DNA of 43,260 nucleotides from Pilimelia sp. (GTDB lineage Bacteria; Actinomycetota; Actinomycetes; Mycobacteriales; Micromonosporaceae): NCBI GenBank assembly GCA_035553735.1, contig DATMJT010000312.1, positions 1 to 43,260 of the forward strand, read 5' to 3'. Shown piece by piece: positions 1 to 9,500 of this stretch (position 1 is its first letter; each line of letters starts with the position of its first letter). The notes under the pieces were generated by a model. It saw only the letters and a program-made list of their open reading frames with translations, ran no database searches and was not told where the DNA came from. The position numbers and the translations under genes were made by a program.

Positions 1-1788
1 GTGCTGGTCAACGGCCTCGACGACTGGCGCTACGACCACGACTACGAACGGCTCACCGAGCCGCGGCTGCTGCGGGCCGTCCAGGCGCTGCTGCGGGAGC
101 GGTCGATCACCGAGCTGCGACCGGCTCCGTGGCAACCGGGAGACGACGACCCGACCGGCCCGGCGTCCCGGATCGGGGTGCCGGTCGGCCTTTTCCCGCA
201 GTGGTTGCGCTGCACCGCCTGCGAGGAGCTGGGGCCGTACCACCCGAGCGTGTGGACCTTCGTCAACGACAAACCCCGCCGCCCCGACCAGGCTCACTTC
301 TTCCACACCCGCTGCCCCAGCCGGCGCAACCGCCCCCCGGCGGTGCCCGCGCGGTTCCTGCTCGCCTGCACCAACGGTCACCTCGACGACTTCCCGTACC
401 GGCAGTTCGCCCACCTCGGGGCAGACTGCCCGGCGGCGCCGAACCCCGGGCTGAAGATGCACGACTTCGGCGGCAACCAGGGCGCGAACGTACGGCTGGA
501 GTGCACGAGCTGCGGCGCCAGGCGTAATCTCAGCGACGCCCTGGGCGCGCGTGGGCAGGCCAACCTGCCGACCTGCCGCGGCCGTCACCCGCACCTGCGC
601 ACCTTCGACCCCTGCGCGGCCCAGGCGCGGCTGCTCATCGCCGGTGCGTCGAACCAGTGGTTTCCGCAGACCCTGTCCGCGCTGGCCGTGCCGAAACCGG
701 CATCCGGCCGGCTCGACGACGAGGTGACGGACAACTGGGAGAACCTCCAGGCCGTGACCAACCTGGCCACGCTGGCGCAGTTTCGCGGTATGCCGATGCT
801 GGCACCGCTGTTCGCCCGGCTGCGGGAGTGGTCCGACCAGGAGATCTTCGACGCCGTCGAGCGGCGGCGCTACGCCGCCGCCGAGGACTCCGGCGCGCCG
901 ACTCAGTATCCGGATCTGCGTACCCCAGAGTGGCAGATCTTCACGGCGCCGCGCGTGCCGGAGCCCACTATCGACTTCACCGTGCGCCGGCATCCGGACG
1001 GGCTGCCGCCGCTGCCCGGCGACCCGTTCTCCGACGTGCTGCTGGTGGAGCGGTTGCGGGAGGTGCGGGCGCTGGTTGGCTTCACCCGGCTGGACGCGCC
1101 CGACCCCGACGATCCGGACCTGGTCCAACGGGTGCCGCTCGGCCGCGGCACGCCTAGCTGGGTGCCGGCCAGCGAGGTCCGCGGTGAGGGAATCTTCCTT
1201 CGGGTGAACGAGGCGTTGGTCGCCGGCTGGGAGGAATCGGTTGCCGAGTCCGCGGCGATGATCGCGCACCGGGAGGCTTTCAAGCGGTTCCGCCACAACC
1301 GCTACTCCGACCGGTTGTCCGGTGACTTCGACCCGCTCTACGGGTGGCCCGGCGCGCGCTACATCGCCCTGCACACCCTGTCCCACCTGTTGATCCGCAC
1401 CATCGCCCTGGAATGCGGCTACAGCTCGGCGAGCCTCTCCGAACGCATCTACTCCTCATCCGACCCCGACGACCCGCGCGCCGGAATCCTGATCTACACC
1501 GCGGTCCCGGACGCCGAGGGGACCCTGGGCGGCCTGGTGTCGCAGGCCGAGCCGGAGGCGCTAGAGCGGCTGGTCCGTCGCGCCCTCACCGACGCGAAGC
1601 GGTGCTCGTCGGATCCACTGTGCGCGGAGCGGCTGCCGCAGTTCCCCGCCGACTTCCTGCACGGTGCCGCCTGCCATGTCTGCCTGTTCGTCTCCGAGAC
1701 CACCTGTGAGCGGGGCAACCGGTTCCTCGACCGGCGCTTCGTCGTGCCGCTCGACGACGAGAAGCTGGCTCTGGTGCCGGACGCATGA
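1..1788 (+). CDS. drmB: DrmB-like DUF1998 (MrfA Zn-binding domain) protein, a DISARM component. The frame is open at the window edge, so the 5' end may be truncated.
   Basis: 595-aa ORF. Internal Cys clusters (CTACEE, CTNGH, CTSCGARR, CRGRHPH). C-terminal four-Cys signature CSSDPLC...GAACHVCLF, typical of DUF1998. ATGA stop/start overlap with the downstream PLD gene at 1785-1788. Confidence 0.6.
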   Translation: MLVNGLDDWRYDHDYERLTEPRLLRAVQALLRERSITELRPAPWQPGDDDPTGPASRIGVPVGLFPQWLRCTACEELGPYHPSVWTFVNDKPRRPDQAHFFHTRCPSRRNRPPAVPARFLLACTNGHLDDFPYRQFAHLGADCPAAPNPGLKMHDFGGNQGANVRLECTSCGARRNLSDALGARGQANLPTCRGRHPHLRTFDPCAAQARLLIAGASNQWFPQTLSALAVPKPASGRLDDEVTDNWENLQAVTNLATLAQFRGMPMLAPLFARLREWSDQEIFDAVERRRYAAAEDSGAPTQYPDLRTPEWQIFTAPRVPEPTIDFTVRRHPDGLPPLPGDPFSDVLLVERLREVRALVGFTRLDAPDPDDPDLVQRVPLGRGTPSWVPASEVRGEGIFLRVNEALVAGWEESVAESAAMIAHREAFKRFRHNRYSDRLSGDFDPLYGWPGARYIALHTLSHLLIRTIALECGYSSASLSERIYSSSDPDDPRAGILIYTAVPDAEGTLGGLVSQAEPEALERLVRRALTDAKRCSSDPLCAERLPQFPADFLHGAACHVCLFVSETTCERGNRFLDRRFVVPLDDEKLALVPDA

Positions 1789-2546
1789 GCCCTACCCCAC
1801 CAGGGACCGCCGAGTTCGAGGCGGCCGTGCTCGCCGCGGCGGGCGCCGTGCCCGCCGACGACCTGCGACGGCTGGCCGCCGTCATCGCGGGCGGGGAAAG
1901 CGCGTCGGACCTGGCTGCCTTCGTGGACCCGGTCAGGTCCGTCGCGGCGGAGCGGGTCCTCGCAGCCGCCACCGCCGTGCCGGCGGCCGTAGCCGCGGCC
2001 TACCTGTACGGCGTTGCCGCCGGGTTCGCCCACCAGGCGGCCCGGGTCCGCGCCGAGCTGGTCTGGACCGGTCCGCTCGCCTTCGACGTGCCGGTCCGGG
2101 CGACCGCTCAGGTGCTCACCGGCCTGATCGCGCAGGCACGTCGCGAGCTGATCCTCACCACGTACGCGGCCAGGCCGTACGAGCCGCTGAGACGGGCCAT
2201 CACCGCGGCGCTCGGCCGTGGGGTGGCGGTGTGGGTGATCGTGGAGACCCTGCACGGCGCCGGGAGCGCCATCCAGGGCGACGAACCGGCCAGGGCGTTC
2301 GCCGACCTTCCCGGCGTGGAGGTCTGGGGTTGGTCGGTGGGTCGGCGACCGGAAGGCGCCAAGATGCACGCGAAGATCGCCGTGGTCGACGAGGAAGCCC
2401 TGCTGGTGGGCAGCGCCAACCTGACCGGCTCCGGCATCGAACACAACATCGAGGCCGGCGTGCTGGTCCACGGCGGCACCGCGGCCCGCCGCGCCGCCGA
2501 GCACCTGCGGGCGCTGCGGCGCGACGGTGCCCTTGTCCGCATCTGA
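1785..2546 (+). CDS. drmC: PLD-family (HKD motif) nuclease, DrmC-like
   Basis: 253 aa. Single HKD motif MHAKIAVVDEEALLVGSANLTGSG. Translationally coupled to the DUF1998 gene. Confidence 0.65.
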   Translation: MSPTPPGTAEFEAAVLAAAGAVPADDLRRLAAVIAGGESASDLAAFVDPVRSVAAERVLAAATAVPAAVAAAYLYGVAAGFAHQAARVRAELVWTGPLAFDVPVRATAQVLTGLIAQARRELILTTYAARPYEPLRRAITAALGRGVAVWVIVETLHGAGSAIQGDEPARAFADLPGVEVWGWSVGRRPEGAKMHAKIAVVDEEALLVGSANLTGSGIEHNIEAGVLVHGGTAARRAAEHLRALRRDGALVRI

Positions 2547-2612
2547 ACCGCTCCGCTTTACTGGTCGTCAGCGTCCGACGCCCGACCGTTGCCACGGGGA
2601 GGCCACCAGCAC

Positions 2613-4742
2613 ATGGGCATGACCGTCGTGCTCGCCGACACCCTGCACCGTGCGCTCGCCAACCTCGACGGATCCGCGCGGCGCCGGATCGTCGATTTCC
2701 TGATCAAACTGCAGACCGAGCCGCACTCCTCCGGGGTGCGGCTCAAGCCGATCAGGAACGCCCGCGACTCCCGGGTCCGCGTCGCCCGGGTCACCGATGA
2801 CCTGCGGGCGGTCCTCGTGCACGTCGGAGCGGAAACCTACGTCGTGCAGACCGTGTTGCCGCACGACGCCGCCTACCGCCACGCCGAGCAGCTGAGCTGC
2901 ACGGTCAACGCGGTCACCGGCGCGGTGGAGATGCTGGAGACCGTGCGCATCGAGCAGAAGGTCGATGCGGTGGTGGCCGAGGCGCCCACCACCGCGGTAC
3001 GGCTGTTCGCCCAGGTTTCCGACCGCGACTTCGACCGCCTCGGCATCCCCGCGATCGTGGTGCCGGCCCTGCGGCACGTCACCGACGAGGCGACCCTGCT
3101 GGACCTGGTCGAGCCACTGCCCGCCCTGCAACAGGACATCCTGCTGTCGTTGGTGGACCGCACACCCGACGAGGTCTACGCCGCGATCGTCGCGCCCGCC
3201 GCCGACTCGGGGCCGGTACCGGCCGATGTCGCCGACGCGCTCCGCCGGCCGGCCAACCAGGCGGCATACCTGGTGGTCACCGACGCCGCCGAGCTCGCCG
3301 ACGCACTCGCCTGGCCGATGGACCGTTGGCGCACCTACCTGCACCCCACCCAGCGGAGCCTGGCCTACCCCACCAAGCCCTACTCCGGGCCGGTCCGAGT
3401 CACGGGTGGACCCGGTACGGGCAAGACGGTCATCGCGGTACACCGCGCCAAGGCGTTGGCCGACGCCGCATCGCCGGGCGAGCGGGTGCTCGTGACGACG
3501 TTCGGCGCCACCCTGGCCCGTACCCTGCGTGACCTGCTCTGCCGCCTGGCCGGCGAGGCGCTCCTCGACCGGGTGGACGTGCTCACCACCGACCAACTCG
3601 CCCGCCGGCTGGTCGAGCAGTCCGGGGCAACGGTGCGCCCGCTCGCCGATGACGCCTGCCTGGGCGCGCTGACCGCCCATCTGGCACAGACCGGCAGCGA
3701 GCTGGACGCCACGCTGGTCAAGGACGAGTGGGAGCGGGTCATTCTCGACCAGGGCCTGACCACCGAGGCGGAGTACCTGAGTGCCGTGCGGCGTGGCCGG
3801 TTCCGTCCCCTGGCGACCGCGCAGAAGAAGGCGGTGTGGGCGGCGGTGCACAGCTTCACCGCCAGCCTGGCGAGGCAAGGCACGAGCACCTTCCCGCAGA
3901 TCACCGCCGCCGCGACCGGGATCGTCGCGGCGTGGACCACGCCGCCGTACCGGCACGTGGTGGTGGACGAGGCGCAGGACATGACCCCGGTCCAGTGGCG
4001 GCTGTTGCGCGCCGTGGCTCCGATCGCACCTGACGACCTGTTCCTGGTCGGCGACGCCCACCAGCGGATCTACGCACGGGCCGCGGCCCTGAGCCATCAG
4101 GGCATCCACACCCGTGGCCGCTCCCGGCGACTGACCATCAGCTACCGCACCACCCGGGAGATCCTGCGTGCGGGCATCGCCCTGCTCAGGGGCCATCACT
4201 ATGACGACCTGGACGTCGGCACCGACACCCTGGACGGATACCGTTCGCTGATGCACGGCCCGGCCCCGCGAGTGTCCGGGCATTCGTCATCCGCCGCGGA
4301 ACTCGTCGGGCTGGCCAAGTCAGTGATCACCTGGCACGACGCGGGCGTGCCGTGGGAGGAGATCGCGGTAGGGGTCCGGACCAGAGGGCTGGCGAGCCGG
4401 ACCGCCGAGGAGCTGGCCGGTCAGGGCATACCTGTGGTGGTGGTCTCCGGTGACAGCGTTCCGCCTGTCGGCCGCGCTCACGTGATGACGCTGCACCGGC
4501 TCAAGGGCCTGGAGTACCGGTGCGTGGCCGTGGCCGGCCTGCGGGAGGGTGCTGTGCCGCCAGCGAGTGCGCTCAACGGTGCCGGCGACGACCAACCGGC
4601 GCGTCGCGCCGTCCTGGAGCGGGAGCGCTCACTGGTGTTCGTGGCCTGCACCCGGGCCCGGGAGGCGCTGGCCGTCTCCTGGCATCACGCGCCCAGTCCG
4701 ATCATCGCGCCGCTGATCGTCGACGCACGGACCCGCCCGTGA
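2613..4742 (+). CDS. SF1 UvrD/Rep-like helicase with an N-terminal RelE/ParE-fold domain
   Basis: Walker A GGPGTGKT; motif II VVDEAQD; motif III LVGDAHQRIY; TISYRTT; VMTLHRLKGLEYRCV; LVFVACTRAREAL. The N-terminal ~90 aa (RRRIVDFLIKLQTEP...VRVARVTDDLRAVLVHVGAETYVVQTVLPHDAAY) aligns by eye to the RelE/ParE pattern. GGGGAGG lies 10 nt upstream of ATG 2613. Alternative starts are TTG 2589 and ATG 2619. Confidence 0.8.
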   Translation: MGMTVVLADTLHRALANLDGSARRRIVDFLIKLQTEPHSSGVRLKPIRNARDSRVRVARVTDDLRAVLVHVGAETYVVQTVLPHDAAYRHAEQLSCTVNAVTGAVEMLETVRIEQKVDAVVAEAPTTAVRLFAQVSDRDFDRLGIPAIVVPALRHVTDEATLLDLVEPLPALQQDILLSLVDRTPDEVYAAIVAPAADSGPVPADVADALRRPANQAAYLVVTDAAELADALAWPMDRWRTYLHPTQRSLAYPTKPYSGPVRVTGGPGTGKTVIAVHRAKALADAASPGERVLVTTFGATLARTLRDLLCRLAGEALLDRVDVLTTDQLARRLVEQSGATVRPLADDACLGALTAHLAQTGSELDATLVKDEWERVILDQGLTTEAEYLSAVRRGRFRPLATAQKKAVWAAVHSFTASLARQGTSTFPQITAAATGIVAAWTTPPYRHVVVDEAQDMTPVQWRLLRAVAPIAPDDLFLVGDAHQRIYARAAALSHQGIHTRGRSRRLTISYRTTREILRAGIALLRGHHYDDLDVGTDTLDGYRSLMHGPAPRVSGHSSSAAELVGLAKSVITWHDAGVPWEEIAVGVRTRGLASRTAEELAGQGIPVVVVSGDSVPPVGRAHVMTLHRLKGLEYRCVAVAGLREGAVPPASALNGAGDDQPARRAVLERERSLVFVACTRAREALAVSWHHAPSPIIAPLIVDARTRP

Positions 4743-4752
4743 TCGGAGCTTC

Positions 4753-6522
4753 GTGACCGCATTGCACGTACGCCAGGTGGCCGCCGCGATCGAACGGGAC
4801 CTCGCCGGGGAACTCGACCTCTCCGACGTACGCTCTCAAGATCAGCGTAACGCTCTGCTCAGTCGTGGGCTGGCTGCCCTGGCTGTGCGGATGCTGACCG
4901 GCCGGGACCCGGCCGCCGCCGCGGTCACCGTCGTGGACGGCTTCGGAGATCGTGGCATCGATGCCATCTGCGTCGAGGAGTCCCCACAACGGATCATCCT
5001 GGTGCAGTCGAAGTGGCACCACCATGGCGGTCAGGCCAGCATCGCCCTCGGAGACGCCCACAAGTTCATCGAAGGGCTCAAGGCGCTGACCGATGAGCGG
5101 TTCGACCGGTTCAACGCCAAGATGCAGCCCTTCGCGCCCCAGGTGTCGGCGGCGCTGCGAGACGCCCGGGTACGGATCACGCTGGTGGTGGTGTCGACCG
5201 GCGGCTCCCGCCTCGGCCGTGAAGTCCAGCAGGCGTTCGACGATGTCCTTCGTGAGATGAACGAACCCGGCGAGATCATCGAGCTGAGAGTGCTGGGCCT
5301 GGCCGAGGTCCATCGTTTCCTCGCGGAGGACGTGGCCGGCGGCAAGGTCGATCTCGACGTGGTGCTGGAGAACTGGGGACTCCTGGCCGAGCCGTACCAG
5401 GCGTTCTACGGGACCGCGTCGGCCAGCCAGATCGCCGCCTGGCACGCCGCGCACGGCGACCGGCTCTTCGACGGCAACATCCGTCGTGCCCTCGGCGCGA
5501 CCGCCGTGAACCGAACGCTCGTGGAGACCCTCAAGACGAACGGCGAGCGCTTCTGGTACTTCAACAACGGCATCACGGTGCTCTGCGAGAGCATCCGAAA
5601 AACCGGGGTCAGCGCGGCCAACCGGACCTTCGGCCAGTTCGCGCTGTCCGGAGTCACTGTCGTCAACGGCGCACAGACCGTTGCCGGCATCGCCGAGGCG
5701 CACCAACTCGACCCGGACGCCGTGGAACGGGCCCAGGTGTGGGTGCGGCTGATCTCGCTGACCGACTGCCCACCGGACTTCGGCGTCCAGGTCACCAGGG
5801 CCACCAACACCCAGAACACCGTGCAGGCCCGCGACTTCGTGGCCCTCGACAACCTGCAGACCCGGCTGCGGCAGGACTTCGCGTTGAGCCTGGGAAAGCT
5901 GTACGTCATCAAGCGCGGCGAGCAGGAACCCGAACGGGACGACGGCTGCTCGGTCGTCGACGCGGCCGATGCCCTCGCCTGCGCGTACCACGATCCCGCG
6001 TTCGCGGTGATCGCCAAGGGCAACCGAGGTCAGCTCCTGGAGACCACCGACACCTACTACAAGCGGATCTTCCGGCGGGACCTCACCGCGCAGGACGTGT
6101 GGAACGCGGTGCAGGTCCTGCGCGCGGTCGACGCGGAGCTGGAGCGCCGGCAGCGCGGCCTCACCGGCCGCGAACGTGCGGTGGCGAAGCAGGGCGACCG
6201 CCTCGTCGCGCACCTTGTCTTCGCCGAGCTACGCCGTGCCGGCGCTCCGCCGTCAGGGGACTGGAGCCAGGCGCTGGCGGCGGTGCCGACCGCGGTGGAC
6301 AGCGTGCTGGCGCACCTCATCCGCTACGTCGAGCGTTGCTTCGGCGACAACTACGTGACCAGCCTGTTCAAGAACGCCACGAAGTGCCGACAGCTTGCCA
6401 CGCTGGTTCAGGCGGAGCTACTCACCGCCGCGACGGCGGCGGATCGCCCCCATCCTCGTCAAGACGTAGCTGACGGGGACGGTCGTCCCGGCGCTGCTCC
6501 TCGGCATGCCGAGCGTGGTTGA
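4753..6522 (+). CDS. AIPR (abortive infection phage resistance) family protein
   Basis: 589 aa. Motifs FDGNIRRALG...VN, WYFNNGITVLCE and VVNGAQT are characteristic of AIPR. The N-terminus has a D...E..QSK nuclease-like motif. GGAG lies 4 nt before GTG 4753, only 10 nt after the helicase stop. Confidence 0.75.
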   Translation: MTALHVRQVAAAIERDLAGELDLSDVRSQDQRNALLSRGLAALAVRMLTGRDPAAAAVTVVDGFGDRGIDAICVEESPQRIILVQSKWHHHGGQASIALGDAHKFIEGLKALTDERFDRFNAKMQPFAPQVSAALRDARVRITLVVVSTGGSRLGREVQQAFDDVLREMNEPGEIIELRVLGLAEVHRFLAEDVAGGKVDLDVVLENWGLLAEPYQAFYGTASASQIAAWHAAHGDRLFDGNIRRALGATAVNRTLVETLKTNGERFWYFNNGITVLCESIRKTGVSAANRTFGQFALSGVTVVNGAQTVAGIAEAHQLDPDAVERAQVWVRLISLTDCPPDFGVQVTRATNTQNTVQARDFVALDNLQTRLRQDFALSLGKLYVIKRGEQEPERDDGCSVVDAADALACAYHDPAFAVIAKGNRGQLLETTDTYYKRIFRRDLTAQDVWNAVQVLRAVDAELERRQRGLTGRERAVAKQGDRLVAHLVFAELRRAGAPPSGDWSQALAAVPTAVDSVLAHLIRYVERCFGDNYVTSLFKNATKCRQLATLVQAELLTAATAADRPHPRQDVADGDGRPGAAPRHAERG

Positions 6523-9500
6523 GCTCCAGCAGCCGGTCCAGCATCTCCTGGCGGGCGACGGGCCCGACCGTGAACCGTGTGCCCTGTCGGGTGTCGTGGA
6601 AGTCGTGGTCGAGGGCGAGGTCGGTCCAGCCGTACGCGCGCATGACCTCGTGGTCGATGTCGACGTGGATGCGGCGCAGCCCGGCGATGTCTTCGTCGTG
6701 CGCACCCTTGTCGTGCACCAGGTTGTAGGTCGCTGTGAGCCCGGCCTGCCGCGCCAGCATCAGCTCCCGCCGGTACGTGTCGAGTCGTTCGCCCAGCCGC
6801 CGCAGCCCGCCCGTCAACTCCGGCCTGGCGAAGGTCTCGAAGACGTCGGATGGGGTGTACCGGACACGAGTCTCCAACGTCGAGGAACGTTCGATCGCCC
6901 ACCAGTAGTGCGCCGCGCTGCTCAACAGTCCGAGCATCGCCGCGTCATCCGTCGCAAAGACGCCAAGCATGTGCGAAAACACCTGTCCGGTGGGCACCAT
7001 CACTGGCATTACGATCTTGCTCACGAGAGTGATCACGCTAACCCGGTCCAGCTTCGCGAGGGCACGCACCAGTGCGGGCCGCCTTTCGGCGTAGATCCAC
7101 CAGCACCCGCGGTAGCTACGTCGGTGGTTTCCGGCTCGCTCGGGTTTAACCAGCCGCTCCGCCACGCGGTAGCAGTCTGGATAGGTTGCGGCGCGCGCCT
7201 GCGGCCAGTCATGGAAATTGATGACCCAGCGGCTCGCTGAGCAGTCCGGTCGGGAGTTCAGGTCCTTTCCGTTGAGGTAGGGAAAGAGCACGTCGGCGTT
7301 CCGCGGATCGTTTTCGATGAGTTGGCGCGCCGGCTCCGGCTCCATGGTGAAGCCCTGGCCCAAGATGATCGATCCCTGGAAGGCCGTGGCGCGGTTCGCC
7401 GCCAGCCGCGCGGGGGAGCCACCCACCCGCGAGCGGGCGTCGAGCGAGGCGGTGACTCCGGAAACCGCAGCGCCGTCGAGTTCGCAGACGGCATCGGACG
7501 ACGCGGGCCGCATGGCGGTCTTGACCTGGCAGACCTGGAGGACGGCCGAGGGCGTCGGCCAGGGGCGGCTCTTGGTGGCCCGGCGGATCGTCACCCCTCG
7601 GGCCAGCAGGCGAGCCAGGGCCACGTCCCGGGTGTCGCCCTGCCACAAGGTGTTCGTGGCGATCAGCCCGGTGACACCCTCGTCGGTCAGGACCTCGTGG
7701 CTGCGGAGCACGAAGTAGGCGACCAGATCGGCACTGCCACGCGCGCCGCCGCCGAGCCAGCGGACCAGCAACTCCCGATACCGCAGGCCAAGTGTTCCGG
7801 TGATCTTCTGACCACCCAGGTAGGGCTGGTTTCCGACGACCGCGTCGAAGCCGCCCTGCTCGAACACGTCCGCGAACACCAGCGGCCAATGCAGCGGAGT
7901 CCGCGGCGCGTCGCCGGCGGGAAGGTCCGCGGACAACCAGCGGTCCGCCAGCTCCCGAGCGTCGTCGACCGCGCCGGGGGATCCGGTGGTGATCCGGTGG
8001 GCGAGGTGAGCCGTTGCCACCACATCGCGGTTCAGTCTCCGATCCGGCTGGCCGGCGTTGTGCAGTGCCGCCCCGACGACCAGGTCCGCGATCAGCCGTG
8101 CCGTGGCGCTCCGCTCCTGGGCCTCGCGCCAGCGACGGTCCTTCCACTGGACGTCGGGCAGCGTGTCGTCGGCCTGGTCCGCGAGCTCGCGCCGGATCCG
8201 CGCGACCTGCGCCACCAGCTCGCGCACCCCCCGGCCGGGGTCGCCGAGCCACCGGTCGCGCAGTGCTCGACCGGCGGCAGGGTCCAGGTGGAGTTCCTCC
8301 ACCTGGGCCAGCGAGGTGACACCAAGCAGGGAGTCACCGGCGACCAGGTGATGATCGAGGAAGGTGAACGGCTTCGCCGGATCCAGCGAAATGAGCCAGA
8401 GACTCAGTTTCGCGATCTCCACCGCCATCGGGTCGATGTCCGCCCCGAACAGGCACCGCTGGATGACGGCGCGTCGAGCGCGGATTGTGAGCGGGTCGGC
8501 CTCTACGTCGTCTGGTGGCCCGTCCCGCTCGATCCGCTCGACCAGCTCCCGCGCTCGCGCGTCGCCCTCAGCCGCCCATGCCTCCACCAGGCGTCGGGCC
8601 AAATAGCGGCAGGCGGCGGTGAGGAAGGCCCCCGAGCCGACGGCAATGTCCGCCACCCGCAAGGCCAGGAGTTCGGCGCTGCTCCGCACGCGCCACCGCG
8701 ACCGGTCGGAGGTCTGGGCCGGCCCGGGCCGGTAGACCAGGTCCTCCAGAGCGCCGCTGGCGACCTCCGCCGCGAAGTCCGCGGGCGTGTAGAGAGTGCC
8801 GGTGTTCGCGCGGGTCGCCGAGGCCGTGACGTAGAGCCCCCCTTCCGGGATCACCATCGGCAGCCCCCGCAGATCACGGCGCAGCACGCCGACGTACGGC
8901 AACAGCCGGTCGGTCAGGTCCCGGTCGCCGCCGGTGGCGGAGTAGAGCAAACGGAGCGCCTCGACGAGCGCCGGTCCCTGCGGCGGCGTCAGCCGCTTGG
9001 CGAGCACGCGGATGGAGCCGGTCGCCTTCTCGCCGTACGCGCGCGCCAGAGCCGCCGCCCGTTCCTGCGCGGATCGCGGTGGCCGGTCGTGACGCTCCAG
9101 CTCGGCCAGCCTTACCTCGGCGGTCGACCCGCGACGCCCCCACTGCAGAGCGACGACGATGTCGGAGGCCCGGCGCGCGTCGAAGGCCAACAGCTGTTCG
9201 TACACGTGGCCGATCTGCTCGACGCCGAGCGCCCGGAACGAGAGTCGCCGGCTCTCCCGGCCGAGCTGGACGTACTGTACGGCGTGCAACATGTGCAGCA
9301 CCGTCCGGTCATCGACCCAGATCTGGGACAGCCAGGGGTGGGTCGTCGGATCGAACATCGGTCCGTCGTACGTCGGCAGGGACAGCCGCTCATGACGTAC
9401 GCCGCAATGGATCGCGTCGCAGAGGGCGAGGATGCGCAGCCACGCGCTACGGGACTGTTCAAGATCTTCCTCGCTGCTCTCCTGCCGGCGCCGTTCCAGC

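Noticed and set aside
2568-4283. Long antisense or alternative-frame ORFs throughout the window. Examples: 2568-4283(-), 7322-9562(+), 20707-23025(-), 24502-26043(-), 28555-30165(-), 33093-35129(-), 36007-37647(-), 37602-39041(-), 40708-42540(+).
   Set aside because: They are Arg/Pro/Gly/Ala-rich, lack recognisable motifs, and lie opposite or out of frame to genes with clear family signatures. This is the classic high-GC artefact, in which stop codons are rare in all frames.
2613-4742. Helicase as the missing DISARM DrmD or DrmA subunit.
   Set aside because: Its motifs (GxGKT, DEAQD, GDxxQxIY, YRTT, TRAR) are SF1 UvrD/Rep-type. DrmD is SNF2 (SF2), and DrmA is a different large helicase that normally lies directly upstream of drmB, which here would be outside the window.
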